DNA of 64,000 bases, taken from Selaginella moellendorffii (taxonomy: Eukaryota; Plantae; Lycopodiophyta). How positions within the stretch are numbered: position 1 is the first letter of the stretch; the number at the start of each line of letters is the position of its first letter. The notes below the pieces were generated by a model. It searched no databases and was not told the DNA's origin. It was given only the letters and a program-made list of their open reading frames with translations. Location: positions 382,202-446,201 of the forward strand of contig NW_003314338.1 in assembly GCF_000143415.4 (NCBI RefSeq). Direction: 5' to 3'. This document shows positions 34,749 through 47,283 of this stretch, piece by piece. Made by a program: the position numbers and the translations under genes.

Positions 34749-36764
34749 ATGAGTGTGGAGGACTTGGCATCTCGTCTTAGGAACGAGAGGAATATCTCCG
34801 AGGTTAGGAAGGTCCATTCTTTGATCAGAAAAAACGAGAAGAACGGTAAAAATATCTACCTTGCGAATTTACTCTTACAAATGTATGGTAAATGCGGGAG
34901 CTTGGGAGATGCCAAGGAGGTCTTTAGAGAGATTGAGCATCCAAATTCTTACAGCTGGAATCTTTTCATCGCTGCTTACCTACATGCCAATGATTTAAAA
35001 GGAGCTAAATATTCCTTTGATAAGATGCCTGAAAGGGACGTGGTAACATGGACTACCTTGATCCAGGCATATTCCAAAGCTGGGCATCTGCAGCAGGCGA
35101 AGGTTCTCTATGAAAAGATGCCGGAGTGGAATCTGGTGTGCTGGACGGCCATGATCCAAGCGTACGGAAGCGCTGGTCACGTCAACGAGGCAAGAGAAAT
35201 GTTTGACTGTATGAAAGAGAGGGACACAGTGGCATGGAACGCGATTCTTTTGGCCTATTCTCAGAGCGGGGACGTGCCAACGGCCAAGATGCTCTTCGAT
35301 CGCATGCCCCGGTGGGACATTCCGGCATGGAATACCATGATCCAGATGTACGGGCGACACTCTTCCGGGGAATTGGCGACGAGATTGTTTGACCAGATGC
35401 CGTTGAGGAGCCTTCACACGTGGACGGTCGTGATACGTGCCTGTGTAGAGAGCGGGCTTACAAAAGAGGCGACGAGATTGTTTGATCGCGTTCCGGAATG
35501 GAATGTGGTGCTGGCAACGGTGGCGATGCAAATGTATTCCGGAATGAGCGACCTCGTTGGCGTAAGGAGAACGTTTATTGGATCGCTTGAGCGCGACATT
35601 GTTGCTTGGAACACATTAATCTCAGCTTTAGTTTTTAATGGGCATTGCCAGGAAGCTCTCGAATTCTTCACAAAGATGCCAGAATGGAGCATTGTTTCGT
35701 GGAATCTAAGATTGAATTGCTACGCGCAGGTCTACGGCGTGGATCAAGCCAAGGGGATATTTGACGCAATGCCCGCCCAGGATATTACGTCGTGGAATCT
35801 CATGGCAACGGCCTACGCACGCACGATGCAGCTGGATCGAGCGGTCGAGATCTTGAAGAAAATTCCGGCTCGGAATATGGCGTCGTGGAATCTAACGGTG
35901 GCGGCACACGCGGGGAAAGGACACTTCTATTCCGCGGTGGAATGTTTCTCTTCCATGCCGGAATGGGATCTGGTGTCTCTCAACACGATGATCGCAATCC
36001 ATGCGCAGAAGCTGGATCTCCAGAGCGCGAGAGATCTGTTTGATTGCATGCCCAAGCGGGATCTCGTGACATGGAACACGATGATCCACGCGAATGCGGT
36101 GGCAAATCGCATGGAAGACGCCCAATTCCTCTTCGATTTTATGCCGGAGCGCGACGCCTCGTCGTGGAACATCATGATCGGCGGCTACGCGGCGGTGTTC
36201 CAGATCGAGATCTGCCAGGCGCTGTTCAACGCCATGCCGGATCGAAGCCCTCTTTCCTGGAGCAAGATGATCGCCGCGCTCGCCCAAAATGGAGAGATTC
36301 CGTCGCGAGTGGAGAGGATGCTGGAGACGATGGAGACGCCCTGGGCATCCGGGCATTCCATCGAGATTATGGCTATCCATGGGGTTCTTCCCCATGGCGC
36401 CGCGATGCTCAGCGTCTTGAAATCCTGTGCCCACTCGGGATCCCTCCCCGGCGCCTGGAAGAGATTCCTATCCATGGCTGCGGATCGCGATATCCCGCCG
36501 TCAAGGGAGCACTACTGCGCGATGATCCACATTCTAGCATCGGCCGGGCAGCTCGACGAGGCCCATCGATTGATCAACTCCATGCCCTATTCCTCCGACT
36601 ATGAATCACTCGCCGCGATGCTTGGCGCCTGTAAGCTACATCGGGATGTGGGCCGCGGCATGGAGATCGCGGACCAGATCCTCGATTCCGGGGAGATCTC
36701 GATGAAAAGCAGCGGCGCTTGCTTGACGATGGTAAACAATCTGCTTCTCTCCCAAGAACCCTAA
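34749..36764 (+). CDS. PLS-class pentatricopeptide repeat protein with E-type extension (organellar RNA-editing factor type)
   Basis: 671-aa intronless ORF; about 31-aa repeats (F..MP.RD...WN.MI..Y), MYGKCGSL and EHYCAMIHIL...GQL.EA..LI..MP; no DYW domain. Confidence 0.93.
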   Translation: MSVEDLASRLRNERNISEVRKVHSLIRKNEKNGKNIYLANLLLQMYGKCGSLGDAKEVFREIEHPNSYSWNLFIAAYLHANDLKGAKYSFDKMPERDVVTWTTLIQAYSKAGHLQQAKVLYEKMPEWNLVCWTAMIQAYGSAGHVNEAREMFDCMKERDTVAWNAILLAYSQSGDVPTAKMLFDRMPRWDIPAWNTMIQMYGRHSSGELATRLFDQMPLRSLHTWTVVIRACVESGLTKEATRLFDRVPEWNVVLATVAMQMYSGMSDLVGVRRTFIGSLERDIVAWNTLISALVFNGHCQEALEFFTKMPEWSIVSWNLRLNCYAQVYGVDQAKGIFDAMPAQDITSWNLMATAYARTMQLDRAVEILKKIPARNMASWNLTVAAHAGKGHFYSAVECFSSMPEWDLVSLNTMIAIHAQKLDLQSARDLFDCMPKRDLVTWNTMIHANAVANRMEDAQFLFDFMPERDASSWNIMIGGYAAVFQIEICQALFNAMPDRSPLSWSKMIAALAQNGEIPSRVERMLETMETPWASGHSIEIMAIHGVLPHGAAMLSVLKSCAHSGSLPGAWKRFLSMAADRDIPPSREHYCAMIHILASAGQLDEAHRLINSMPYSSDYESLAAMLGACKLHRDVGRGMEIADQILDSGEISMKSSGACLTMVNNLLLSQEP

Positions 36765-38974
36765 AATCGTTTGGCACCAAATTTCAAACTCTCTTCCATG
36801 TGCCACGTGGAAGTACCATGCCGCAGACTCTTGATCACCAAAGAATCACAGGCGATACAAAAACTGGGAAAGGAATCGTTAGTAAGAAAGAGAGCCATAA
36901 CTTAAAGGAGTTGTCCAACTTTCTGAGATGTAGTCATGGCATTAGGGGTGTCATATTTCCCTAACCACGTCTTAGTGAGTAATCGTGTTGGGAGGTGGTT
37001 AATTGTTTGGGGCAACATGCAAAGTATTGACATTCAACTTTTTGCAATGGAAACTCTGAAATCCAAAAGGTAAATTCTAAGGTTTAATGAAGAGTGGCAA
37101 AGCTGGACAGCCCTGTTTCCAGGAAATCTTGCCAGTTCAACTATAAGTTCTTTTGCTGTTTCTTTAGGCTACTCTTTCTTCGTGCATTTACTGAGGAACG
37201 AATGCTCAAAGAGTAAGTCTAGAATTCTTCTGTTATTGTGGCTTATAACACTGACTAAGCTGCTATACCTCGATAGTACAGGGTTTTGCGACAGGGAAGG
37301 TGCTATACTTCAAAGTGTTGAGAAGATGAAGGGTGAGAAGATGAGCTCAGTGCAGTGGATGGATTCACAGATGGATTTGTCTAGTATTGCAGAGGCCCTG
37401 CACAAGAAACGACTTGAAATGATCAACAGCAGAGCTGTAGATGATATTAGTGACTCACTGGATGCCAAAAACTGAGAGGTTACTCCAACAAGAGTTTGAA
37501 AACTTGAAGCATGTACTGCCAGAAGAGGGGAAGGTGCAGGTGCTTTTGTTTTTGACAAAGATCATGGTCTCTTACTGAGTGGGGAAAGCACCTTCAGTAT
37601 GGCATAATCACCATATGCGGCAAGTGGTGGTGTTCTTCACACAAAAGAAATACTTTGCAGTTGTTATGGATACAATGGAGATGGGAAGTATCAGTAATCT
37701 ATAAGCTTGACAAGGACCAGTCAAGGAAAGCTAATATCCTGGATTTGTGGCTTTTACTTAGCCTATTAATCAAGTGGTGAATATTTACCTTATATGAGGA
37801 TGAACCCAACGTACTGCAAGAACTCTATTCCTATCATACCATGATGTGACATTTCTTCAAGTTTACAGATGATCCATGATAGAAGTCCCAAAAGCTGCCT
37901 GATGTGTTGACTGGCATTGACACCTGGTCAACACATTTATTTAAATATTGACCAGTCAACACAGCATGTTTAAATTTGTTGAAGGAATTTGATAGTATTT
38001 GCTGAGGAAATACATGCTAAGTGGAATACAATACTAAGATTTAATTGACTCTAATTTAATAGTTTAACTTAATTTGGACCATTAAACTAGTTTATAAGCA
38101 TTTCTTTTGTATTTTTCCTTACTTTCTTAAAATTAAATATTATAAAATATTCCTTAGGGCATTCAAAGCATGGTGCCCCTCTTCAATTTCTCCTTGTCAT
38201 ATAACAGTAAGACTAGGCCTCACAATGATGCCAAGATCAAGAAGTGTGGGCTGCTGCCAAATGAATCAGTTAAGCTTTCAAGTTGTTAGTGTTGTAAACT
38301 CCCAATGCTATATGAGTTTGGACTCACAATGAAATTGATAAAGAGTTTGGACTGAGCTAGGATTGGATATATTTAGGGCTTTATCTGGGGTTGGCCTGAT
38401 ATATCTAAAGCCTAATGTCTTTAAATCTTAACTCGATCTAAAATTTTCATAGTTTCATTCAGAATCCTTTAGCTTATGATATCTTTAAAAGTTTATTTTT
38501 TACATGAAATTGTATATATAAACTATATTAATATATAGTTTATATAAGCCATAAAAATTATTATGCTAATTTTAATATAGTTTTTTATTTGTTACAATAG
38601 TTATGATACAAGTATATAGTTTATGATATAGTTTTTAAGAAATAAAATAATAACATATTTGACACCCTTTGTCACGTGTCTATTATATAAAAATTTTATG
38701 TTGATAAAAAAAGGAATTTATTTTTAATTAATAATATAATTAGAAATTTAACACTTAAATAAAATTAAGTAGAAAGAACTACTAAAATATATTGGCTCAA
38801 CATAGTTAGATGTTAAGAATTTAAAATCTTGTAACTGAAAATCTTTGAACTTTAATAGAGATATCTGAACAATTCTTTAAGATATATATTTAACCCATAT
38901 GGAAATAGACTAAACCCATTATTTTCTAGATACCCTTTCTAAAGGGCATATGCAGCAACCAAAGAACCCCAAGA

Positions 38975-39223
38975 TTAAGAATCTATACAAGGCATTCTAG
39001 AAAAGATATCTAGAGCTTGTGATAACAAACCGTTGCTACCAAAACTAACAAGCATTATATTGCAGGAGATTAGATTTATCGAAGGCATCAAAGCAAACAT
39101 CACTACTGCCTGCTCCATATGCCCATTCTGGGCATGTCCGGCTATCAAAAAAGTCCACATCAGATCGTTTCTATCGGGGGACTGATCGAACAAAGCTTGG
39201 GCAGCCGACTTGTGAGTGGCCAT
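38975..39223 (-). pseudogene. Isolated PPR fragment
   Basis: About 2.5 degenerate S-type PPR repeats (LFDQSPDR..WTFLIAGHAQNGHMEQA) with no gene context. Confidence 0.7.
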
Positions 39224-40447
39224 TTATCACAGTGTTCCACAACATGGCACTCTTCTCGGGGATCAAATGGAACGCTCACATTGCGTGGTCGGGGCAAATC
39301 CGGAGACGATAGTAGTGAAGGAGAAGATGCTCCAGCACGGCATTCTCTTGAAACTCTCCCGTGAATCGCCCATGAGCTCTTGCTGGGAGGAATCCCATCA
39401 AATTCCACAAGACAATGTGTGGAGTCCTTGTGTGGCATCCCCCAGAAGAAGAAGGCCGTGCAGGCCTTGAATTGCGCTGCCTTAGAGGATGTTGGAGGAG
39501 AAGACATTGGGGTCTGGATTTGCAGCGTAGGCGGCCTTGGCATCTCCCAAGCTCCCACATTTGCCATACATGTAAGTGATCATGTTGGTGAGGTATCGAT
39601 TCTCGCTGGATGTCATCCACGTGGACAGTTAGATGGATTCCAAATCTTCCTTTCCATTCCAAATCCAATGAGAGGTGCTGAAACTATATCTTATTATCTC
39701 TCAACGTTGGTTATAGCATGCATGGTATATTGTTCTACTGTAGGGTTGCTAGGTTCAATTCCCAATTCGGCTCATCCTGGAAAATATTATTATTTTATTA
39801 TTGGCTGGAGAAAGAGCGCAAAATGTCTTGGTGAGCTAGAGAGAGGAGCTTATTGAGAGCTGGGTGTAACATTACACGGTAGGAATCTAAAAGTGTAACT
39901 TGCAGTGTACATGTTTAAAAAATTATAGTGAGCTATATCTATATGCAGCCAGAAGAAAAAAGGAAATGTCCCTTGTAGATTGATCAAACAGATCATTAAA
40001 AAGTATTAACTTAGGTGCATTTCCACTGTAGTCATGCAATCAAATTTTGTGGAAGGGAAGATATATATTTGATTTGCTCCAGCACACAAACAGCACAAAC
40101 ATGCCATTGAGCTTACCAATTCGATCATATAGGGCTCTATACCGAATTCTCATCAGTTGTCACTTCAACATAATCGAGCAATCACACACCATGTTGTGCC
40201 ATTGAATTCTCAATGACCTTGCCAGCATATGCAAGCCTTATTTGAACAAGAAAGACGCTAGACAACAAGCTAGAAATAGTGAATGACAATGAACTTTTAA
40301 ACGCAGTTTATACTAGTGGTAACTACAAACAAATAAAACGTTAAGTGCGATACATCACAGCCGTTGGATTAAAGGATATCTTAGAATATACCATCCAAAC
40401 CGTTAGATTTTAGTGCGGCTAGGGTTTCGCGTGGCTATGGGGGCGAG

Positions 40448-41499
40448 GTGAGAGAGACTCGGGTATTCGTCTTCCTCTGTGCAGCGGAAAGCTGCCATCT
40501 CTCGAATCCCTCGGAGCTCTCCATCCGGTTGCACCCAGACGAAGGCAACGTTTTCCATCCCCTCTCTCTCAACTACACAAGGGGCCTGTCGTGCCGGACT
40601 TGGGACGAGCTGGTCCAGGAGCTCAGCTGCATCTATTCTGACGCAATTGCTTCGCTCCCTGACGCATCCCTTCCCGATGCCAAGACGCGGCAAAATGCGG
40701 CCATCATCCAAGGCATCCAGCCGCCCAAGGACGAAAGGGAGCCGGCTTGGATGTCGAAGCTGTCCGAGATTTGCAGAGGTAGGATCGATGTGGACTTGCT
40801 TTTGTGCCACAAATTCATGCTCGCCTTTCGCTACCATCTGGACGTGAACGATCCAAACGTCGTCTCCATCGACAAGGAGCAAGATTGCCAGGACCTGATC
40901 ACGCAAGAAGAAGAAGAGCTCTACATTGATCGTCACCTCCCTCGAGCTCAAGCTGACGAGATTGTGTGCGAGATCTGTCAAGTTTTGCCACAGTCGTACC
41001 GGTGGCTGGGTCTGGAGGAGATGGACAGCAAAGAGGAGGTTTTCCGCACGATCAACTGGGACGTGGAGGTGGGGAGCAAAAGCTCGGCCGTTCTTGCGCA
41101 AGCGACGCTGTTCTTGGGATCGAAGTCGTCAGTGGGCTGAGCCGGCAGGGATTGAACAGATGCGAGATGGAATTCTTCCTGTGGGCGAGCTCGTCCAAGC
41201 TCCCGTTTTTGCAGCTGGTGACTGATTTCAAGAGTGCCGCTGTCTTTTACTATCGGTTTCCGCGGACAGGATCCATCGCCACCTTGAGGAAGCTCGTGAA
41301 GTTGATCGCGTCGAGATTACCCCCGGACTGCAATTGTCCAGAATCTGAAATGGCTTGGTCGATTCTGGGCTGGAAACGCTTCGGAAGGGATCATGTTGGA
41401 GAGGTATCGATTCGGCCGCTCTCCAGGATTCGCGTGTGGATCCTCCAAATCTCTCCTGGATGTCGTCCATGTGGATTCTTTACATTCCAAATCCAATGA
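40448..41499 (+). pseudogene. Frameshifted paralog of the 42297-43376 gene
   Basis: Shares FHPL...T.GLSC.TW.E, DAKTRQ.AA.I.G, IDRHLPR.Q.DE and LPF.Q..TDF; about 10-nt deletion near 41100 shifts the frame; N-terminus lacks an ATG. Confidence 0.7.
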
Positions 41500-42296
41500 G
41501 AGGTGCTGAATCTATATTTTGTTATCTCCCAGTGTTTATGGCTTTGTGGTTATAGCATGCACGCTGTAATGTTCTATTGTGTAGGGTTGCTGGGTTCGAT
41601 TCCCATCCGCCTCAACTTTCAATTAAGAATAATACGGTGTTAGGGTCGCCCCCTAAACATGAATACTATTTTATTATTTTATTATTAGATTAACTGTGTT
41701 GAGTTTCTGGGTGTTAAGTACCATTTTATTATTTTCCTTTTTCTAACACTATACAATTTACTAGTGAGAGTGGCTCTCCTCAAAATCTCACCTAAGATTA
41801 ACTGTGTTGAGTTTCTGGGTGTTAAGTTGGTACTAGATCATAGTAAAGAAGCAAAACCAAACTTGTAATCGATGAAATCCATTGTGTTGGAAGTGGCATT
41901 GATACTTCTCTTAGTGAATTTGGGGAAGGCACACTTACTATAAAGGGGCAAAGAGTAAACAATTGGTTTGCATACTCAGTCATCCTATCCATGCATTGCA
42001 ATGCATGGTGAATTATTGGTGGATCCCGATTCTTGACAGGAAAGGACACAAAGAATTAAAATAGATTTCGAGTGAAAGCTTTTAAAAAGCAAGCAAACCA
42101 TACACAACCTAACAATATGTTGTCAAGTCCAAAATGAAAGTCAAAAAGAAAAGCTCGTGAGGTTGATTACCCCCGGACTGCAATTGTCAGATGGCTTGGT
42201 CGATTCTGGGCTGGAAACGCTTCGCAAACGAGGAAGGGTGTTTCCTTTCGTCACCCACATATCATTCTGTGCCGCGAAAGCCCTAGGGTTTTGATC

Positions 42297-43376
42297 ATGG
42301 CGTCCTTGGATCTGCGCTGGTTCCGGCTGCACTGCAGGACAGTCTTTGGTATGCGTCTTCCTCTCTACAATGGGAAGCTCGACCTGCTTGCAATCTCTCG
42401 CTGCTTCGAGTTGAATCCGGCAAAGCTCTCCTTCCGAGTCATGGTGCGGCAATACGAAGCAGACAACGAAGATGATGACGAGTATGATGTGAGTTTCCAT
42501 CCGCTTCCGCTCGACCACACAACAGGCCTGTCATGCTTGACTTGGGAGGAGATGGTCGCGGATGTCCTCGCTGTGTATCCCATCTCGTCCGTTGCCGACG
42601 CCAAGACGCGGCAGCATGCCGCTGTAATCCACGGGCCCCCTCTGCAAAGCTCTCCAGCTTGGCTGTCGAGATTGTCGCGGATATGCAGGGCTCTTGTCCC
42701 GGTGGAGTCAGTTTTGTGCCACCAGTTCATGTTCATGCTTCACAAAGAGCTTGGCGTCACTGGCTTCGTGCATAAGGTTTCCAGGGACAAGAAATTGAGT
42801 GAGCTCACCCGACACGAGCCTGAGCCCGAGGAGGAGGACTTTTACGTCGATCGCCACCTCCCTCGCGAGCAAAGTGACGAGCTCTTGCGTGATATTTCCA
42901 ATCTAAAGGTGCCACACGCGTACCGATGGCTGCAGCCGCAGGAGATCGACAGGGGCATGAGAACTTTGCGAGTGCAGAGCGTGAACTTGGACGTGGAGGT
43001 GAGGACCAAAAGCTCGGCTGTTCTTGCGTGTGGGAAGTCTGGCGACGCTGTTCTGGGCATTGACGTCGTGAGCCATTTCAGCCAGTTGAGCTTGAGGAGG
43101 TGCGAGGTGGAGTTTTACTCGTGGGCGAGCGTGTCCAGGCTTCCTTTTGTGCAGTTCATCACTGACTTCAGAAATGGGGCCGTGCTTTTCTACTGCATTT
43201 TCACGCAGACGAGAGCAATGTGCCGTGAGACGATGTCGACCGGCACCATGATGAAGCTGCTGCAGCTCGTCATGGCAACGTTGCCCAATCCGGAGTTGGA
43301 GCTGGAGTGGTGGCCGCTGGCCTGGAAGCGTTTCTCCCAAACAGGTGAGGTCTTTCAACTTTGCATTCTTTGGTAG
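42297..43376 (+). CDS. Lineage-specific protein of unknown function (possible ubiquitin-like header plus restriction-endonuclease-like domain)
   Basis: About 359-aa GC-rich ORF with an adjacent diverged paralog conserved at amino-acid level; a possible splice donor near 43345 may change the C-terminus. Confidence 0.65.
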   Translation: MASLDLRWFRLHCRTVFGMRLPLYNGKLDLLAISRCFELNPAKLSFRVMVRQYEADNEDDDEYDVSFHPLPLDHTTGLSCLTWEEMVADVLAVYPISSVADAKTRQHAAVIHGPPLQSSPAWLSRLSRICRALVPVESVLCHQFMFMLHKELGVTGFVHKVSRDKKLSELTRHEPEPEEEDFYVDRHLPREQSDELLRDISNLKVPHAYRWLQPQEIDRGMRTLRVQSVNLDVEVRTKSSAVLACGKSGDAVLGIDVVSHFSQLSLRRCEVEFYSWASVSRLPFVQFITDFRNGAVLFYCIFTQTRAMCRETMSTGTMMKLLQLVMATLPNPELELEWWPLAWKRFSQTGEVFQLCILW

Positions 43377-43712
43377 TACTAATGTTTCTTGAAATTAACA
43401 GATGGAACAAAGGAACAATGAGCACTCCAGCCTGCAATCTATCATCCAAGGTGCAGGAAACAACCCAAAGTTTTATAATATTGTGGTTACTTTGTTTGTT
43501 TTTTTCATTTTTGGTTTGCTTAAGCAAATTTGTAAGGGAAGTGAATATATCTAGAATATATTTGCAATTGTCTATTAGTAGTTTCATCACTATTGACAAG
43601 CTTCTGTCACCCTCTTTGATTCCATCTTTGCAATTGGTATTCATTTAATATCTATCTTCTCTCTATATATGCTGACTATAAACAAGGAGAGATTTGATAT
43701 CTTGCCATTATA

Positions 43713-44242
43713 NNNNNNNNNNNNNNNNNNNNNNNNNNNNNNNNNNNNNNNNNNNNNNNNNNNNNNNNNNNNNNNNNNNNNNNNNNNNNNNNNNNNNNNN
43801 NNNNNNNNNNNNNNNNNNNNNNNNNNNNNNNNNNNNNNNNNNNNNNNNNNNNNNNNNNNNNNNNNNNNNNNNNNNNNNNNNNNNNNNNNNNNNNNNNNNN
43901 NNNNNNNNNNNNNNNNNNNNNNNNNNNNNNNNNNNNNNNNNNNNNNNNNNNNNNNNNNNNNNNNNNNNNNNNNNNNNNNNNNNNNNNNNNNNNNNNNNNN
44001 NNNNNNNNNNNNNNNNNNNNNNNNNNNNNNNNNNNNNNNNNNNNNNNNNNNNNNNNNNNNNNNNNNNNNNNNNNNNNNNNNNNNNNNNNNNNNNNNNNNN
44101 NNNNNNNNNNNNNNNNNNNNNNNNNNNNNNNNNNNNNNNNNNNNNNNNNNNNNNNNNNNNNNNNNNNNNNNNNNNNNNNNNNNNNNNNNNNNNNNNNNNN
44201 NNNNNNNNNNNNNNNNNNNNNNNNNNNNNNNNNNNNNNNNNN
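43713..44242. other. Assembly gap (N run)
   Basis: Run of N. Confidence 1.
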
Positions 44243-44257
44243 CCCTATATCTTTACC

Positions 44258-44693
<436 letters not shown>

Positions 44694-47283
44694 TCTAGGT
44701 AATACATTAATTATGTAGCCATTCTTATATATAAATATGGTCTAAACCTATTCCTTTAGCCCAAGCACTCACATTAGTGGAGGTGAAAGGCATTGTAATT
44801 TATCCCTATGAAGTACAAAAATTTTTAGCAATGCTTTGCTCTAGTATTTGTGATTGTACTTTTTATTTTTTTTTCTTCATTCTCTTTTAGATTTAGATTT
44901 GTATTAGCTTTTTGCAAGATCTAGAATTTTAGCTATTGTTGTGTTTAAATATGCTCTTTCTTCTGATCTTCATTACATTCGTTTTTTCTACCATGCCATG
45001 CTATCATTAATCAAGGAGTATGTCACTTGAGGCACTTTATTAGATCGAGCTTTTGATGCTATGAGGTTTGATTATATTGGTGTTGCACCCATCTTTAGTG
45101 TGTTGTTATTTCTTTTGAGTCGTTCTTTTTGGTTGCTTATAATCTACCAATCTCAAACCATGTAAATTCACGTCCTCGTGAACAAAAGTTGAAAACCACA
45201 ACTCTCCTAAAACCCTTACTCTTTTGACACTCTATCTTTTGAGTTGAACCTAGCTAAAGGCAAATTAATTTTGCCAGATGTCAATCTCAACATATAGTAT
45301 GATTCCTTTAACTAATTAACAAAGTTGGATCTAAGACCTTTCTGATACTAAATGTATGTTGAAATTCCTTTAACTAATCAACAAAGTCAAACCCAAGACC
45401 CCTCTAATACCAAATGTAAACTCATGAATTTGAATTTCCCAAAAAGTCACCCAACTCAATATTATTCAAACCAAGAACATTTAACCCCAGATACAGGAAG
45501 TTAATAATCTTGTTTTTGTTTTTTTGGTAAAGTTTTTGATCAATTTTAATGTTAAATATTCCTCTATTCCTAAGGTTGAATCACTTTGGCTAAAGTTTTA
45601 GATTGAGTACATATCCTTAATTGTGAATGTTAAGAGGTTTTGTTTTATTATTGTTGTTGTGTTCTCTTGAGAGTGTAGACTTAATTTCTTTTTTTTCAAA
45701 TATTGAATTGTGTTGAAGAGGTTGAGTGGTGTGAATTTCTTATTTATCTCGTGCTAGCTAAAGTATTTTATCACAACAAATTTTTTGTTCTTTAGGCTTT
45801 GAATATGTTTCCTTGTTTTCTCCCTATTTCTGCTTTGACAATTATTAAAAATTCTTCTTCCAATACTTCTCTATCCTGTGAGTATATGGAACATAGAAAA
45901 GGAATACATAAATATGCAAGCCTAAAAACCCTAGTTTATATTAAAAAATGTGCATTGTATACATATAATTGGACCTAGAATTTTGAGTTAATTAAATCTA
46001 ATAAACCTGAGCTCTCCACCACCTTCTTTCGTTGTTACCATTGACATCTGCCATAAGAACCCTATCGAGTTTCACTGATGGTTCGATTCTTTTCCAAGGC
46101 TCACCCCACAATCTTCACAGCAAGAAAGAGGAAGACACTGTGATTTCGATTATATCAACTTTGTTATGAACTTTGGGACTTTTTTTTTCTTCTATAATGT
46201 ATCTTCCTTTTTTTTCTCACTTTCTCTTTTTTGCCCTAACATTTCAAACTTTTTTTTCTTCGAAGGAAGGGGTAAAGGGGACAAACAAGAGTCTAGCCAT
46301 AATGATGGAGTGAGGACAAATGGATACGGTAGTGAAGCAAAGACAAATGACATAAATTGTTAATTGAGAATGAGTATAACAAGTCTAAATAAAACATCCA
46401 ACCCTAACATAGTGAAGCCAAACTAATGTGATAATGGAGTGAAGCCAAATATAAATGGTAAAGTAAGGACAAGTGCAACAAGTCTAAATAGAACTAGTGT
46501 TTTAAAACTTTTTTTCCTTTGAGAAGGGGATAAAGAGGATATGAAAGATGAATGAAGTGAATTCGACCTTTCATGTATAGTGCTAAATAAAGATGATGGT
46601 TGTGAGTCTAAATTAACATAAGTCTTAAATGTTAAATGAAGGGAAGATGTAAAGGCAAGTTTTGCTTATGATTGTGAGTTCGAGTTAATCATGGTCTTTG
46701 AGAATCATCAACAGGCAGAATTACAAATAGGATGTATTGTTTGCTGCAATAGTGCTCTATGGACTGTTGTGGCTCTCAAATTTCCTTTCTTCAGTTGAAA
46801 ATTATAACTCCATAGTTAGTTTAAACATTTGGCAGCTGTATATGAAGTTACAATTGATTCATTGGGATTTCGTAGTCGACTGGTGCTTGTGTCATAACTT
46901 TGGATTTTATTTTAATCATGGTTGTCAGCAACTTTGTTGATGGTTTTGTTGGAGATTCAAATTCTTGTGGTAATTTATAATCACTCAGCAAAAATTCCAA
47001 GTATTCCATTTGAAGTTTTCATCTTTCGAAGGGAAGGATGGTGTAAACGTTTGTAAATACATGTATGTATGTACATGTATTACCTAGTTAGGTAATACAT
47101 TAATTATGTGGAAGGTAGTAGTTGTTAATCTACTCAGATGTCCAAGAATCATGCACCAAAGCTTGTATATAGAGCGTGATTGATATGTGAATGATAACTT
47201 GTTTTCTTTTCATGCTATCAAAGTGCTTTTGTCTCATCACTTTTCTTGTCTTTCTTTATTCCTATTTCTTGCTCTTGTTGTTG

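Noticed and set aside
37180-37700. Coding-like fragment (GAGAFVFDKDHG...)
   Set aside because: In-frame stops and no family recognised with confidence
41686-41827. 33-bp direct repeat AGATTAACTGTGTTGAGTTTCTGGGTGTTAAGT
   Set aside because: Only two copies; consistent with a local duplication, no function evident
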